Positions 29,919 to 40,493 are shown, numbered from the stretch's first letter. The stretch: DNA of 64,000 nt from an uncultured Alistipes sp. (GCA_944321765.1 CALUMQ010000024.1:40514-104513); one strand, 5' to 3'. Notes: generated by a model from the sequence alone, not told the origin. Made by a program: numbers and translations.

Positions 29919-30773
29919 TTGCACAAGCTCTTTGAGTTCATACGCAGCGTCTACGTCGCGGTCCTCTTCATCGTCCTGGAGCTCGTCGCCGTCAGCTACT
30001 ACGCCCGCTCCACGTACTACACCGAGGCCCGGCTGCTCACCCGTTCGAACCAGCTCATCGGAGGGGTGCACACCCTCTTTGCGGGGGTGCGCCACTACTT
30101 CTCGCTCGGACACGAGAACCGCCTGCTCGCCGAGCGCCTCGCACGCCTCGAAGAGCGCCTCGCGCAGTACGAGGAGGCCTCCACCGACGAACGGCTGGCC
30201 GGCTACCTGCAGGATATCGGCGAGTCGAAATACCGATTCTCCACGGCCTGCGTCGTGGCCAATACGGTCAACCGCGCCGAGAACCTCATCACCCTCGACC
30301 GCGGACGCATCGACAGCATCGTTCCGGAGATGGGTGTCCTCTCGCCCGACGGCGCCATGGTCGGATATGTCGTCGACTGTTCGGACCGCTATGCCGTGGC
30401 CATGTCGGTGCTCAACACCTCGTTCCGTGCCAGCGGCCGGATCGTCGGCAGCGACTACTACGGCTCGATCTACTGGGACGGCCGCGACCAGAACGTGGTA
30501 ACTCTGGGCGACGTATCGAAATACGCCGACCCGCAGCCCGGGCAGGAGGTCGTCACGACGGGCTTCTCCCAATACTTCCCGGCCGACGTACTCATCGGCT
30601 GGGTCGAGAGCGCCGAGCTGAACGAAACCCGTACGGCCTATACCGTCCGCGTGCGCCTCGCCGCGGAGATCTCGCGGCTGAACGAGGTCATCCTGGTGGA
30701 AAACCGCGACCTGTACGAGATCCGCGACCTCCAGCAGAGCGACCAGATCGAACAACATACCCGTCCCGAATAG
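29919..30773 (+). CDS. mreC: Rod shape-determining protein MreC (TTG start)
   Basis: N-terminal TM, ENRLL coiled coil, ITLDRG, VVTTGFS..FP; operon order. Confidence 0.92.
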   Translation: MHKLFEFIRSVYVAVLFIVLELVAVSYYARSTYYTEARLLTRSNQLIGGVHTLFAGVRHYFSLGHENRLLAERLARLEERLAQYEEASTDERLAGYLQDIGESKYRFSTACVVANTVNRAENLITLDRGRIDSIVPEMGVLSPDGAMVGYVVDCSDRYAVAMSVLNTSFRASGRIVGSDYYGSIYWDGRDQNVVTLGDVSKYADPQPGQEVVTTGFSQYFPADVLIGWVESAELNETRTAYTVRVRLAAEISRLNEVILVENRDLYEIRDLQQSDQIEQHTRPE

Positions 30774-30774
30774 C

Positions 30775-31293
30775 ATGTACCGAATTCTTTCATACGTTGG
30801 GCTCCTGGTCGTCACGGTGTTGCTGCAGGTATTCCTCTTCGACAACCTCGCGATCAGCATCTACCTCAATCCCCTCGTCTACATCGCCTTCATCGCCCTG
30901 CTGCCCCTCGACACACCCCCCGTGGCACTACTCGGCGCAGGACTCTCGCTGGGCGTGATCATGGACTACGCCATGGGCACCGCCGGAATCAATACCATCG
31001 CCACGCTGCTCATCGCCTTCCTGCGCCCGACGCTGGTCAACCTCCTCTACGGACACGACAACGCCCGCGAGGGCGGCATCCCCTCGGCGGCACGCATGGG
31101 CAACCGCACCTTCGTACACTACCTGCTGCTGCTGACACTTCTCCACCATACGGTCTTCTTCCTGCTTGAGGCGCTTTCGTGGAGCCGTCTCCCGCTCACC
31201 GTGCTGCGCATTCTTCTCAGCACGGCGCTCTCGACGCTTCTCATCTGGATCATCGCCCGCATTTTCAACACCAAACTTCCCTCACGCGTATGA
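30775..31293 (+). CDS. mreD: Rod shape-determining protein MreD
   Basis: Hydrophobic membrane protein between mreC and mrdA; LLQVFLF..PLVYI. Confidence 0.9.
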   Translation: MYRILSYVGLLVVTVLLQVFLFDNLAISIYLNPLVYIAFIALLPLDTPPVALLGAGLSLGVIMDYAMGTAGINTIATLLIAFLRPTLVNLLYGHDNAREGGIPSAARMGNRTFVHYLLLLTLLHHTVFFLLEALSWSRLPLTVLRILLSTALSTLLIWIIARIFNTKLPSRV

Positions 31294-33116
31294 CAGGTTC
31301 CGAAGGATTCATCCGCATGCGCACGCTGCAGGTCGTCGTGCTGATTATCTTCGCGGTGATCATCGGACGCCTGGCCTATCTGCAGCTCATCGACAACCGC
31401 TATACGGAGCTTGCCGAAGCCAACGTCCTGCGGCACGTCGTGCAGTACCCGCCGCGCGGCGAGGTGCTCGACCGCAACGGCGAATATCTGGTGCAGAGCC
31501 GCGAGTGCTACGACCTGATGGTCATCTACAGCGACATCGACAAGCGCGGATTCGACACGGCCCGCATGTGCAGCATCCTGGGGCTGACACCCGAGAAGAT
31601 CCGCCGCGAGCTGGCCAACGCCCGCATGCGTCCGCGCGCCCCGCGTCTGGTGACGAGCTACATCTCGAAGGAGGACAAACTGCGCTTCGACGAGTGCAAC
31701 TTCCGCGGATTCTACACCGTCTACCGCACCGTGCGCCAGTATCCGCGGCAGGTGGGCGGCAACCTGCTGGGATACGTCGGCGAGGTGAACGACAACTACC
31801 TCAAACGCCATCCCGACTACAAGATCGGCGACTACGTGGGCATGAACGGCGTGGAGTCGGCCTACGAACCCGAGCTTCGCGGACGCAAGGGGGTGAAGAT
31901 CCAGGAGATCGACACCCACGGAGCCATCAAGGGCTCCTACATGAACGGACTCTACGACTCGCTGCCCGAACCGGGACGCTGCCTGACGAGCACGATCGAT
32001 ATCCGGCTGCAGCTGCTGGGCGAGGAGCTCATGCGCGGCAAGGTAGGGGCGGCGGTGGCCATCGAGCCCTCGACGGGCGAGATTCTGATGATGGTCTCCT
32101 CGCCGACGTACGATCCCGATGAACTGGTGGGCCGCGAGCGGGGCAACAACTACATGAAGATGCTCTACAACAAGCGGCAGCCGTTGTTCAACCGCGCCGT
32201 GAAGGCCAAATATCCCCCGGGCTCGACCTTCAAGCTCGTGCAGGGGCTTATCGGGTTGCAGGAGGGCGTTCTGCGGCCGACGGACCTGCACGTCTGCCAC
32301 GAGGGATACCAGGCCGGACGTCTGAAAATGGCCTGCCACGCGCACGCCTCGCCGCTCGACCTGCGTTTTGCCGTGGCCACATCGTGCAACGCCTATTTCT
32401 GTTATGTCTTCCGCGACATCCTCGACAACCCGAAGTACGGCAACGTCAAGGAGGGTTACGACGTCTGGCGGGAGTATGTCGAGAGCTTCGGATTCGGACG
32501 CAAGCTCGGCTCGGACTTCCTCGACGAGGGAAACGGATACGTCCCCGACCGCGCCTTCTACGACCGTCAGTACCGCGGGTCGTGGAACTCGCTGACGGTG
32601 CTTTCGCTCTCGATCGGGCAGGACGCCCTGGGCTGCACGCCGCTGCAGCTGGCCAATCTCGCCTGCATCGTCGCAAACCGCGGCTACTACTACATCCCGC
32701 ACATCGTCAAGAAGATCGAAGGCCGCGACTCGATCGACCGCCGCTTCTACGAACGCCACTACACGAAGGTCGATCCGAAGCATTTCGAACCGATCGTCGA
32801 CGGCATGTGGCGGGGCGTGAACGTCGGAGGCACCTCGACGATGGCGCGCCTCGACGGATGGGACGTCTGCGGCAAGACCGGTACGGCCCAGAACCCCCGC
32901 GGCCGTGACCACTCGACCTTCCTGTCATTCGCCCCGAAGGATAACCCGAAGATCGCCATTTCGGTCTACGTCGAGAACGGCGGATTCGGCGCCTCGGCCG
33001 CCCTGCCGATTGCCAGTCTGCTCGAGGAGTACTACCTGACCGACACGATCCGCCGCCCGGCGCTGCTCGAATACGTCAAGAACATGAAAATCTATTATCC
33101 CGCCTATGACCGCTAA
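31290..33116 (+). CDS. mrdA: Penicillin-binding protein 2
   Basis: PRGEVLDRNG, PGSTFK (SxxK), SCN (SxN), GKTGT; ATGA overlap with mreD. Confidence 0.95.
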   Translation: MTGSEGFIRMRTLQVVVLIIFAVIIGRLAYLQLIDNRYTELAEANVLRHVVQYPPRGEVLDRNGEYLVQSRECYDLMVIYSDIDKRGFDTARMCSILGLTPEKIRRELANARMRPRAPRLVTSYISKEDKLRFDECNFRGFYTVYRTVRQYPRQVGGNLLGYVGEVNDNYLKRHPDYKIGDYVGMNGVESAYEPELRGRKGVKIQEIDTHGAIKGSYMNGLYDSLPEPGRCLTSTIDIRLQLLGEELMRGKVGAAVAIEPSTGEILMMVSSPTYDPDELVGRERGNNYMKMLYNKRQPLFNRAVKAKYPPGSTFKLVQGLIGLQEGVLRPTDLHVCHEGYQAGRLKMACHAHASPLDLRFAVATSCNAYFCYVFRDILDNPKYGNVKEGYDVWREYVESFGFGRKLGSDFLDEGNGYVPDRAFYDRQYRGSWNSLTVLSLSIGQDALGCTPLQLANLACIVANRGYYYIPHIVKKIEGRDSIDRRFYERHYTKVDPKHFEPIVDGMWRGVNVGGTSTMARLDGWDVCGKTGTAQNPRGRDHSTFLSFAPKDNPKIAISVYVENGGFGASAALPIASLLEEYYLTDTIRRPALLEYVKNMKIYYPAYDR

Positions 33117-34548
33117 CCGACGCAACGGAATCTTCTACGGCGTGGATCGCTGGGCCGTGCTTCTCTACGTGCTGATCGTCATCGCAGGATGGATCTCGAT
33201 CACCGCAGCGTCGTACGACGAGGAGACGTCGAGTCTCTTCTCCTTCTCGCACTTCTACATGAAGCAGCTGATGTGGATCGGCATCGCCTGGGTCACGGCC
33301 CTCGTGGTGCTGCTGCTCGACGAGCACTTCTACCACAAGTTCGCCTACCCGGCCTACTTCGTCGGACTGGCGCTGCTCGTGGCGGCGCTGCTCTTCGGCC
33401 GGGAGGTCAACGGCGCCAAGGCGTGGTTCGAATTCGGATCCGTGCGCGTGCAGCCCGTGGAGTTTGCCAAGATCGCCACGGCCCTGGCTCTGGCCCGCGT
33501 CATGAGCGGCTACTCCTTCTCGATAAACCGCGCCGGAGACCTCATGCGCGTTGCCCTGGTGATCTGCATCCCGCTGCTGATCATCATCCTGCAGAACGAC
33601 ACCGGCTCGGGCATCGTCCTCGGGTCGTTCCTCTTCGTGCTCTACCGCGAAGGGCTGAACAAATGGCTCTGTATCCCCATCCTGCTCATCGCCGCACTCT
33701 TCATCGTCTCGTTCCTCCTCTCGCCGATGACGCTGCTGGTGGCGGTCATCCTGGTCTGCGTCCTCTCCGAAGCGATGATGAACGGACACTGGCGTTCGCG
33801 GATCATCTTCCTGGCCGCCATAGCCCTGGCGAGCATCCTCCTCTGCGCCGCCGCGGCGCTGATCGCCCCCGGAAAGTTAGACCTCTACCACAGCCTGCTG
33901 ATCGTGAGCCTGCTGTCGGTCGTCGGCGTCTCGGTCTACGCCTACCGCTCGAACCTGCGCAACATCTTCATCCTGGTCTGCTTCTTCGTCGGATCGATGA
34001 TCTTCCTGCCCACCACCGACTACATCTTCAATTCGATCCTCAAGGAGCACCAGCAGAACCGTATCAAGAGCTACCTCGGGCTGCTGGACGACCCCCGCAA
34101 CCTCGACTACAACGTCAATCAGTCGAAAATCGCCATCGGCTCGGGAGGTTTCTGGGGCAAGGGATTTCTCCAGGGCACGCAGATCAAGTACGGATTCGTC
34201 CCCGAACGTCACACCGACTTCATCTTCTGCACGGTGGGCGAGGAGTGGGGATTCGTCGGTGCCGTCGTGGTGCTGACGCTGCTCTGTCTGCTCATCCTGC
34301 GACTGATGCGCATGGGCGAACGGCAACAGGAGCCCTTCGGGCGCATCTACTGTTACTGCGTGGCGGCGATTCTGCTCTTCCACGTCCTGGTCAACGTGGG
34401 CATGACCATCGGACTGATGCCCGTCATGGGCATTCCGCTGCCCTTCATGAGCTACGGAGGATCGTCGCTCATCGCCTTCACGATTCTCCTGTTCATCGCC
34501 ATACGTCTCGACGCCTCGACCCGACAATTCTCACCCGACAGATACTGA
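33106..34548 (+). CDS. rodA: Rod shape-determining protein RodA (SEDS)
   Basis: NGAKAWF, QPVEFAK, QSKIAIGSGG, PERHTDFIF, PFMSYGGSS. Confidence 0.95.
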   Translation: MTANRRNGIFYGVDRWAVLLYVLIVIAGWISITAASYDEETSSLFSFSHFYMKQLMWIGIAWVTALVVLLLDEHFYHKFAYPAYFVGLALLVAALLFGREVNGAKAWFEFGSVRVQPVEFAKIATALALARVMSGYSFSINRAGDLMRVALVICIPLLIIILQNDTGSGIVLGSFLFVLYREGLNKWLCIPILLIAALFIVSFLLSPMTLLVAVILVCVLSEAMMNGHWRSRIIFLAAIALASILLCAAAALIAPGKLDLYHSLLIVSLLSVVGVSVYAYRSNLRNIFILVCFFVGSMIFLPTTDYIFNSILKEHQQNRIKSYLGLLDDPRNLDYNVNQSKIAIGSGGFWGKGFLQGTQIKYGFVPERHTDFIFCTVGEEWGFVGAVVVLTLLCLLILRLMRMGERQQEPFGRIYCYCVAAILLFHVLVNVGMTIGLMPVMGIPLPFMSYGGSSLIAFTILLFIAIRLDASTRQFSPDRY

Positions 34549-34591
34549 CCCCCGATAACACCGCACACACGACATAAAACAAACTACTGGC

Positions 34592-37186
34592 ATGATCGAA
34601 TACAACCCCGAAGGACTGACCCCCTCAGCGGTCGAAGAGAGCCGCCGCACGAACGGCACCAACGTCATCACCCCGCCGAAGGACGATTCGGCCTGGAAAC
34701 TGCTCCTGGAGAAGTTCCGCGACCCGATTATCCGCATTCTGCTGCTGGCCGCCGCGCTGTCGCTGGCCATCGGCTGCATCCACGGCGACTTCACCGAATC
34801 GATCGGCATCATCTGCGCCATCATTCTGGCCACCTGCGTGGGATTTGCCTTCGAATGGGACGCCCGGCGGCGGTTCCGGCGTCTGAACCGCGTCAACGAC
34901 GACATTCCGGTGAAGGTGATGCGCGGCGGACACATCGGCGAGATTCCGCGCCGCGACGTCGTGGTGGGCGATGTCGTCTACATCGAAAGCGGCGAGACGG
35001 TCCCGGCCGACGGCGAGCTGGTAGAGGCCATCTCGTTGAAGATCAACGAATCGACACTCACCGGAGAGCCCGAGGTGGACAAGACCGTCGATCCGGAGCA
35101 CTTCGATGCCGAAGCGACCTATCCGTCGAACGCCGTGCTGCGCGGCACGACCGTCGCCGACGGATACGGCGTGATGGTCGTCACGGCCGTCGGCGACCGC
35201 ACCGAGGCGGGGCGTGTCACCGAACAGTCGACCGTCGCCCACGACGAACCGACACCCCTCGACCGACAGCTCACACGCCTTTCGCAACTCATCGGGCGCG
35301 TGGGAATCATCCTTTCGGCACTGATCTTCTGCGTCATGCTCGGCAAGGCGGTCTTCGCCGGCGATCTGCTCCAGCAGGAGTGGACGACCATTTTCCAGCG
35401 CGTGCTGCACGTCTTCATGCTCTCGGTAGCCATCATTGTGATGGCCGTTCCCGAAGGGCTGCCGATGTCGATCACCCTTTCGCTGGCCATGTCGATGCGC
35501 CGGATGCTCAAGACCAACAACCTCGTGCGGAAGATGCACGCCTGCGAAACGATGGGCGCCGTAACGGTGATCTGCACCGACAAGACCGGAACGCTCACCC
35601 AGAACCGCATGCACGTCGAGGGACTGGAACGTTACGACACACTTTCCGAGCAGGAGTTTGCCGAGATCATCGCCCTGAACTCCACGGCCTTTCTCGATGC
35701 CGAAGGGCACATCCTCGGCAATCCGACCGAAGGGGCGCTGCTCGAATGGATGCGCAGCCGCGGCGAGGATTACGAGGTGCTGCGCGCCGGTGCGAAGATC
35801 GTCAACCGCCTGACCTTCTCGACCGAACGCAAATACATGGCCACGATCATCGAGAGCGGCATCTCGGGACGGCGCCTGCTCTGCGTCAAGGGCGCCCCGG
35901 AGATCGTACGGGCGATGTGCATCGAAGATGGCCGCGGCGAGGAGATCGCGACTCGTCTGCGCGACTTCCAGAACCACGCCATGCGCACGCTGGCCGTGGC
36001 CTGGCGCGAGACGGATGCCGACGACTGCCTGGAGGCCGTGCGCGCAGGCGGGCTGCACTTCGCGGCCGTGGCGGCCATCGCCGATCCGGTGCGCGAGGAT
36101 GTTCCGGCCGCCGTGGCGTCGTGCCTCAACGCCGGAATTGCCATCAAGATCGTTACGGGAGACACCCCCGCCACGGCGCGCGAAATCGCCCGGCAGATCG
36201 GACTGTGGAACGATGCGACCGACGGAGACCGCAACCAGATCACCGGTGTGGAGTTCGCCGCGCTGAGCGACGAGGAGCTGCTCGGACGCGTCGGCGAGCT
36301 GAAGATCATGTCGCGCGCCCGGCCTCTGGACAAGCAGCGCCTCGTGCGCCTGCTCCAGCAGCGGGGCGAGGTGGTCGCCGTGACGGGCGACGGCACGAAC
36401 GACGCCCCGGCGCTGAACTTCGCCAACGTGGGGCTCTCGATGGGTTCGGGGACCTCGGTGGCCAAGGATGCCTCGGACATCACGCTGCTCGACGACTCCT
36501 TCGCGTCGATCGCCACGGCCGTCATGTGGGGCCGCTCGCTCTACCGCAACATCCAGCGCTTCGTACTCTTTCAGCTGACGATCAACTTCGCGGCCATCGT
36601 CATCTGCTTCGTCGGGGCGCTGTTCGAATCGGAGATGCCCCTCACCGTCGTGCAGATCCTCTGGGTCAACATCATCATGGATACGCTGGCCGCCATGGCC
36701 ATGGCTTCGCTGCCGCCCAGCCGCGAAGTGATGCGCGACAAGCCGCGGCGCCGCGACGAATTCATCATCACGCCCGCCATGGCGCGCACGCTCTTTACGT
36801 GCGGCGGCGTGATGATCGTCCTGCTGCTCGGCATGCTCTTCCGGTGGAGCGACCCCTCGGGGCGCCTGCCGCTCCTCGAGCAGACGCTCTTCTTCTCGAC
36901 GTTCGTCTTCCTGCAATTCTGGAACATGTTCAATGCCAAGGGCTTCGAGACTCGGCACTCGGCCTTCACCCATCTGCGCGGATGCCGCGAATTCTTCCTC
37001 ATCCTGGCCATCATCGCCATCGGGCAGATCGTGATCGTCTCGTTCGGCGGCGAGGTCTTCCGCACACAGCCCCTGGCGTGGAGCGACTGGCTCAAGGTCA
37101 TCGCCGGCACGTCACTGCTGGCCATCGGCGGCGAGATCGTCCGCGCCATCGGGCGCAAATCCAAACACGACAAAGCGGCATGCTGA
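34592..37186 (+). CDS. Calcium-translocating P-type ATPase (PMCA-like)
   Basis: LTGE, VPEGLP, DKTGTLT, KGAPE, TGD, GDGTNDAPAL. Confidence 0.92.
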   Translation: MIEYNPEGLTPSAVEESRRTNGTNVITPPKDDSAWKLLLEKFRDPIIRILLLAAALSLAIGCIHGDFTESIGIICAIILATCVGFAFEWDARRRFRRLNRVNDDIPVKVMRGGHIGEIPRRDVVVGDVVYIESGETVPADGELVEAISLKINESTLTGEPEVDKTVDPEHFDAEATYPSNAVLRGTTVADGYGVMVVTAVGDRTEAGRVTEQSTVAHDEPTPLDRQLTRLSQLIGRVGIILSALIFCVMLGKAVFAGDLLQQEWTTIFQRVLHVFMLSVAIIVMAVPEGLPMSITLSLAMSMRRMLKTNNLVRKMHACETMGAVTVICTDKTGTLTQNRMHVEGLERYDTLSEQEFAEIIALNSTAFLDAEGHILGNPTEGALLEWMRSRGEDYEVLRAGAKIVNRLTFSTERKYMATIIESGISGRRLLCVKGAPEIVRAMCIEDGRGEEIATRLRDFQNHAMRTLAVAWRETDADDCLEAVRAGGLHFAAVAAIADPVREDVPAAVASCLNAGIAIKIVTGDTPATAREIARQIGLWNDATDGDRNQITGVEFAALSDEELLGRVGELKIMSRARPLDKQRLVRLLQQRGEVVAVTGDGTNDAPALNFANVGLSMGSGTSVAKDASDITLLDDSFASIATAVMWGRSLYRNIQRFVLFQLTINFAAIVICFVGALFESEMPLTVVQILWVNIIMDTLAAMAMASLPPSREVMRDKPRRRDEFIITPAMARTLFTCGGVMIVLLLGMLFRWSDPSGRLPLLEQTLFFSTFVFLQFWNMFNAKGFETRHSAFTHLRGCREFFLILAIIAIGQIVIVSFGGEVFRTQPLAWSDWLKVIAGTSLLAIGGEIVRAIGRKSKHDKAAC

Positions 37187-38415
37187 AGAGGTTGCTGATA
37201 CTTCCGTTGATGCTGGCTGCATGGTGCCTCGACGCAGCGGCACAACCCTCCGATACGCTCGACCTGAGTGCCGGCGCGCGCTTCCGACGCCACATCGACC
37301 GGGTATCGTCGACCAAATCCTACCGCATGCTCTTCATCGGAGCGCCGCTGATTGCCGGAGGTGTCATCATGCAGAGTTACGACGCCGATTTCCGACGCCT
37401 GCGCAACGGGTATGCCTCGTCGTTCCACCAGTCGTACGACGACTGGCTGCAGTACGCTCCTGCCGCGGCGATGCTGGGCCTCAAGGCCGCAGGCGTCAAG
37501 AGCCGCAGTTCGTGGGGCCGCATGCTGGTGTCGGACGCCTTCTCCGCAGGATTGATGGCCATTGCCGTCAATTCGCTGAAGTACTCCTGCCGCGTCATAC
37601 GCCCCGACGGATCGCAGCGAAACTCCTTCCCTTCGGGACACACCGCCACGGCATTCATGACCGCCACGATGCTCCACAAGGAGTACGGACACCGCAGCCC
37701 GTGGTACAGCATCGGCGGCTACGTGGCCGCTACGGCCACCGGCATCACCCGACAGCTCAACAACCGCCACTGGATGAGCGACATCATGGTCGGCGCCGGC
37801 ATCGGCATCCTCGCCACGGAGTTCGGATACTACCTCGCCGATCTGATCTTCAAGGAGAAGGGGCTCTTCGTTCCGGACAGTTACGACATCGTGTACGACC
37901 GCTACCGCAAGCCGTCGTTCATCTCCTTTGCCCTGGCGACTTCGGTCGCCGCAGGGAGTTACAGGCCCTACTCGGACATGAAGACCGAACTGCTTGCAGG
38001 CCCCACGGTCGGAGTTCAGGGCGCCTGGTTCGCCTCGCCCTACTGGGGTATCGGCGGACGTGTGTCGTGCTCGAACCTCCGCGTGAAGGTCAACGGCGTG
38101 GCCGAAAAGGACAACATGGAGTTCGTGTCGCTCTACGCAGGCCCCTACTTCTCCTATCCGCTCTCGATACGCTGGCAGCTGGGATCGAAGCTTGCCGCGG
38201 GATACGAAATCTACAAACCGTGCGACACGCACGTGCGGCCGATAGATGGGAAGAGCGGCTTCTCGTTCGGAACGGGACTCTCGGCCACCTACCTGGTCAT
38301 GCAGAATCTCGGCGTACGCTTCGGCACCGATTACGACTGCGCGCCGCCGCTGGGCGAGTCGTCTGGGCGGCTGCACAAGCTGACCTTTACGCTGGAGATC
38401 GCCGCGGTTTTCTGA
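37180..38415 (+). CDS. PAP2-family phosphatase with C-terminal probable outer-membrane beta-barrel
   Basis: Signal peptide from ATG 37180; KYSCRVIRP, SFPSGH, RQLNNRHWMSD; amphipathic C-terminal strands ending in Phe. Confidence 0.8.
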   Translation: MLKRLLILPLMLAAWCLDAAAQPSDTLDLSAGARFRRHIDRVSSTKSYRMLFIGAPLIAGGVIMQSYDADFRRLRNGYASSFHQSYDDWLQYAPAAAMLGLKAAGVKSRSSWGRMLVSDAFSAGLMAIAVNSLKYSCRVIRPDGSQRNSFPSGHTATAFMTATMLHKEYGHRSPWYSIGGYVAATATGITRQLNNRHWMSDIMVGAGIGILATEFGYYLADLIFKEKGLFVPDSYDIVYDRYRKPSFISFALATSVAAGSYRPYSDMKTELLAGPTVGVQGAWFASPYWGIGGRVSCSNLRVKVNGVAEKDNMEFVSLYAGPYFSYPLSIRWQLGSKLAAGYEIYKPCDTHVRPIDGKSGFSFGTGLSATYLVMQNLGVRFGTDYDCAPPLGESSGRLHKLTFTLEIAAVF

Positions 38416-38515
38416 TCCGACAGCCGCAGGACGGACGGCACGAAACGCTCCTTTTCTGCCGACCGTCTCCAGCGTCCGGCCACCTCCCTCTCCCGACATG
38501 GCTCGACATGGATTG

Positions 38516-38555
38516 ACAAAAATCCCGGAATGTCCGATCGGACATTCCGGGATTT
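38516..38555 (-). terminator. Perfect palindrome terminator (yebC, possibly bidirectional)
   Basis: aaatcccggaatgtccga|tcggacattccgggattt, U-run on minus strand. Confidence 0.8.
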
Positions 38556-38594
38556 GACTTCTTGTGCGGAAGCCTCTCCGCAAACGGATGAAAA

Positions 38595-39326
38595 CTACTC
38601 CTCCTCGGACTCGGGCTCCTTCATCGTGTGGTAAACGTTCACCACATCGTCATCCTCCTCAAGCTTCTCGACGAGTTTCTCCACCGACTCGCGACCCTCG
38701 GCATCGAGCTCCTTCGTATCGGTCGGAATGCGTACGGACTCTCCCGAGACAATCTCGAAGCCCTTGTCGTCGAGCCACTTCTGAATGGCGCCGAACGACT
38801 CGTAGGGGGCATAGACCGTGATGCCGTCCTCCTCGGGATAGAACTCGTCGACGCCCAGGTCGATCATCTCAAGCTCCAGCTCCTCGGGATCGGCTCCTGC
38901 CGCCGGGTGGAACTTGAAGACGCACTTGTGCTCGAAGAGGAATCCCACCGATCCGCTGTTGCCCAGCGTACCGCCGCACTTGTTGAAGTACATGCGCACG
39001 TTGGCCACCGTACGGTTGGTGTTGTCCGTGGCGGTCTCCACCAGGAAGGCGATGCCGTGAGGGCCGTATCCCTCGTAAATAACCTCCTTATAATCGGTTG
39101 CGTCCTTCTCGGTAGCCCGCTTGATCGCACGCTCGATATTCTCCTTGGGCATGTTCTCGGACTTGGCGTTCTGGATCAGAATGCGCAGACGCGTATTGCC
39201 CGACGGATCGGCACCCCCGGCTTTGACGGCGATTTCGATCTCCTTACCCAATTTGGTGAATGTGCGGGCCATGTGGCCCCAACGCTTCAGCTTACGTGCT
39301 TTGCGGTATTCAAAGGCTCTTCCCAT
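38595..39326 (-). CDS. yebC: YebC/PmpR (TACO1) family protein
   Basis: MGRAFEYRK, NMPKENIERAIK, YEGYGPHG, TDNTNRT, DDDVVNVYH. Confidence 0.95.
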   Translation of the reverse strand: MGRAFEYRKARKLKRWGHMARTFTKLGKEIEIAVKAGGADPSGNTRLRILIQNAKSENMPKENIERAIKRATEKDATDYKEVIYEGYGPHGIAFLVETATDNTNRTVANVRMYFNKCGGTLGNSGSVGFLFEHKCVFKFHPAAGADPEELELEMIDLGVDEFYPEEDGITVYAPYESFGAIQKWLDDKGFEIVSGESVRIPTDTKELDAEGRESVEKLVEKLEEDDDVVNVYHTMKEPESEEE

Positions 39327-39352
39327 AAATGACAGTTTTTTCTTTCGTGGTG

Positions 39353-39388
39353 CAAAGATAGTAAATTCGGAATTAAAAACTAAATTTG
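39353..39388. promoter_or_regulatory. Divergent promoters yebC / glyoxalase operon
   Basis: caaagata (TATCTTTG on minus) and TAAATTTG on plus. Confidence 0.65.
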
Positions 39389-39410
39389 CACCCGAGAAAA
39401 CCGCACAGTT

Positions 39411-39794
39411 ATGGAAATCAAAAGTCGTTTCGACCATTTCAACATCAATGTCACCGACCTCGAGCGCAGCATCGCCTTCTACGACAAGGCGCTCGGGTTG
39501 AAGGAGATTGGCCGCCAGCAGGCTGCCGACGGATCGTTCACGCTGGTATTCCTCGGCGACGGAGTGTCGCCCTTCCACCTCGAACTCACGTGGTTGCGCG
39601 ACCACGCCGCAACGCCTTACGAACTGGGCGAGAACGAAAGCCACCTGTGCCTGCGCGTGGCGGGCGACTACGACGCCATCCGCGAATACCACCGCTCGAT
39701 GGGCTGCGTCTGCTTCGAGAACCACGACATGGGACTCTACTTCATCAACGACCCCGACGATTACTGGATCGAGGTGCTGCCGATGAAGAGATAG
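39411..39794 (+). CDS. VOC/glyoxalase I (lactoylglutathione lyase-like)
   Basis: HFNINVTDLERSIAFY, LELTW, HLC, FINDPDDYWIE. Confidence 0.9.
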   Translation: MEIKSRFDHFNINVTDLERSIAFYDKALGLKEIGRQQAADGSFTLVFLGDGVSPFHLELTWLRDHAATPYELGENESHLCLRVAGDYDAIREYHRSMGCVCFENHDMGLYFINDPDDYWIEVLPMKR

Positions 39795-39817
39795 ACCGAC
39801 CGCAAATCACGACGATC

Positions 39818-40471
39818 ATGCAGAAGAGAGACAACGGGCGGAACGCCGCGTCGGAGCGTCGCGACACCGCCGACCGGAATCCGAAAGCCGTCCGCAACGA
39901 CGCCGCCCTGCAGCAGGAAGTCGAGCGTACGGTCGAGGTGCTGCGCCAGGGCGGCATCATCCTCTACCCCACCGACACGGTCTGGGGGCTGGGGTGCGAC
40001 GCCACGAATGCCGAAGCCGTGGAGCGCATCTACCGCCTCAAGCGGAGCGAGAACAAGAAGTCGATGCTCGTACTGTGCGCCTCGGCCGACATGGTCGTAC
40101 GCTACGTCGACAAGGCCCCGGCCATCGCCTTCGAGGTGATGGAGCTGGCCACGTCGCCCCTGACGGCCATTCTCCCCGGCGCCGTGGGCCTCGCCCCGAA
40201 CCTCATTCCCGACGAGGGGACGCTCGGCGTGCGGATCCCCGACCACGAGTTCTGCCGCCGCATGCTCCGGGCCTTCGGCAAACCCATCGTCTCGACGTCG
40301 GCCAACATCTCGGGCGAGGCGACACCCGCCGGACTGCAGGAGGTGACGCGCGAGATTGTCGACGGCGTGGACTTCGTCGTCAATCCCCGTTTCGAAGGGC
40401 GTCCGACCCGCAAGGCGTCGTCGATCATCGCCTTCGGCGAGGGCGGCGAGGTGAAGGTCATCCGCAAGTAA
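39818..40471 (+). CDS. tsaC: L-threonylcarbamoyladenylate synthase (YrdC/TsaC family)
   Basis: YPTDTVWGLGCD, GVRIPDH, STSANISG; start uncertain. Confidence 0.85.
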   Translation: MQKRDNGRNAASERRDTADRNPKAVRNDAALQQEVERTVEVLRQGGIILYPTDTVWGLGCDATNAEAVERIYRLKRSENKKSMLVLCASADMVVRYVDKAPAIAFEVMELATSPLTAILPGAVGLAPNLIPDEGTLGVRIPDHEFCRRMLRAFGKPIVSTSANISGEATPAGLQEVTREIVDGVDFVVNPRFEGRPTRKASSIIAFGEGGEVKVIRK

Positions 40472-40493
40472 CCGACTCCGACACCCCACGAAC

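Noticed and set aside
34855-37179. Apparent 1186-aa ORF suggesting a frameshift fusion of the ATPase and PAP2 genes
   Set aside because: The upstream part is Arg/Gly-rich off-frame translation of the ATPase; the PAP2 gene has its own ATG and signal peptide at 37180
38520-38555. Perfect 36-bp palindrome as a MITE or invertible-element end
   Set aside because: Position between convergent genes and a flanking U-run fit an intrinsic terminator; no second copy seen
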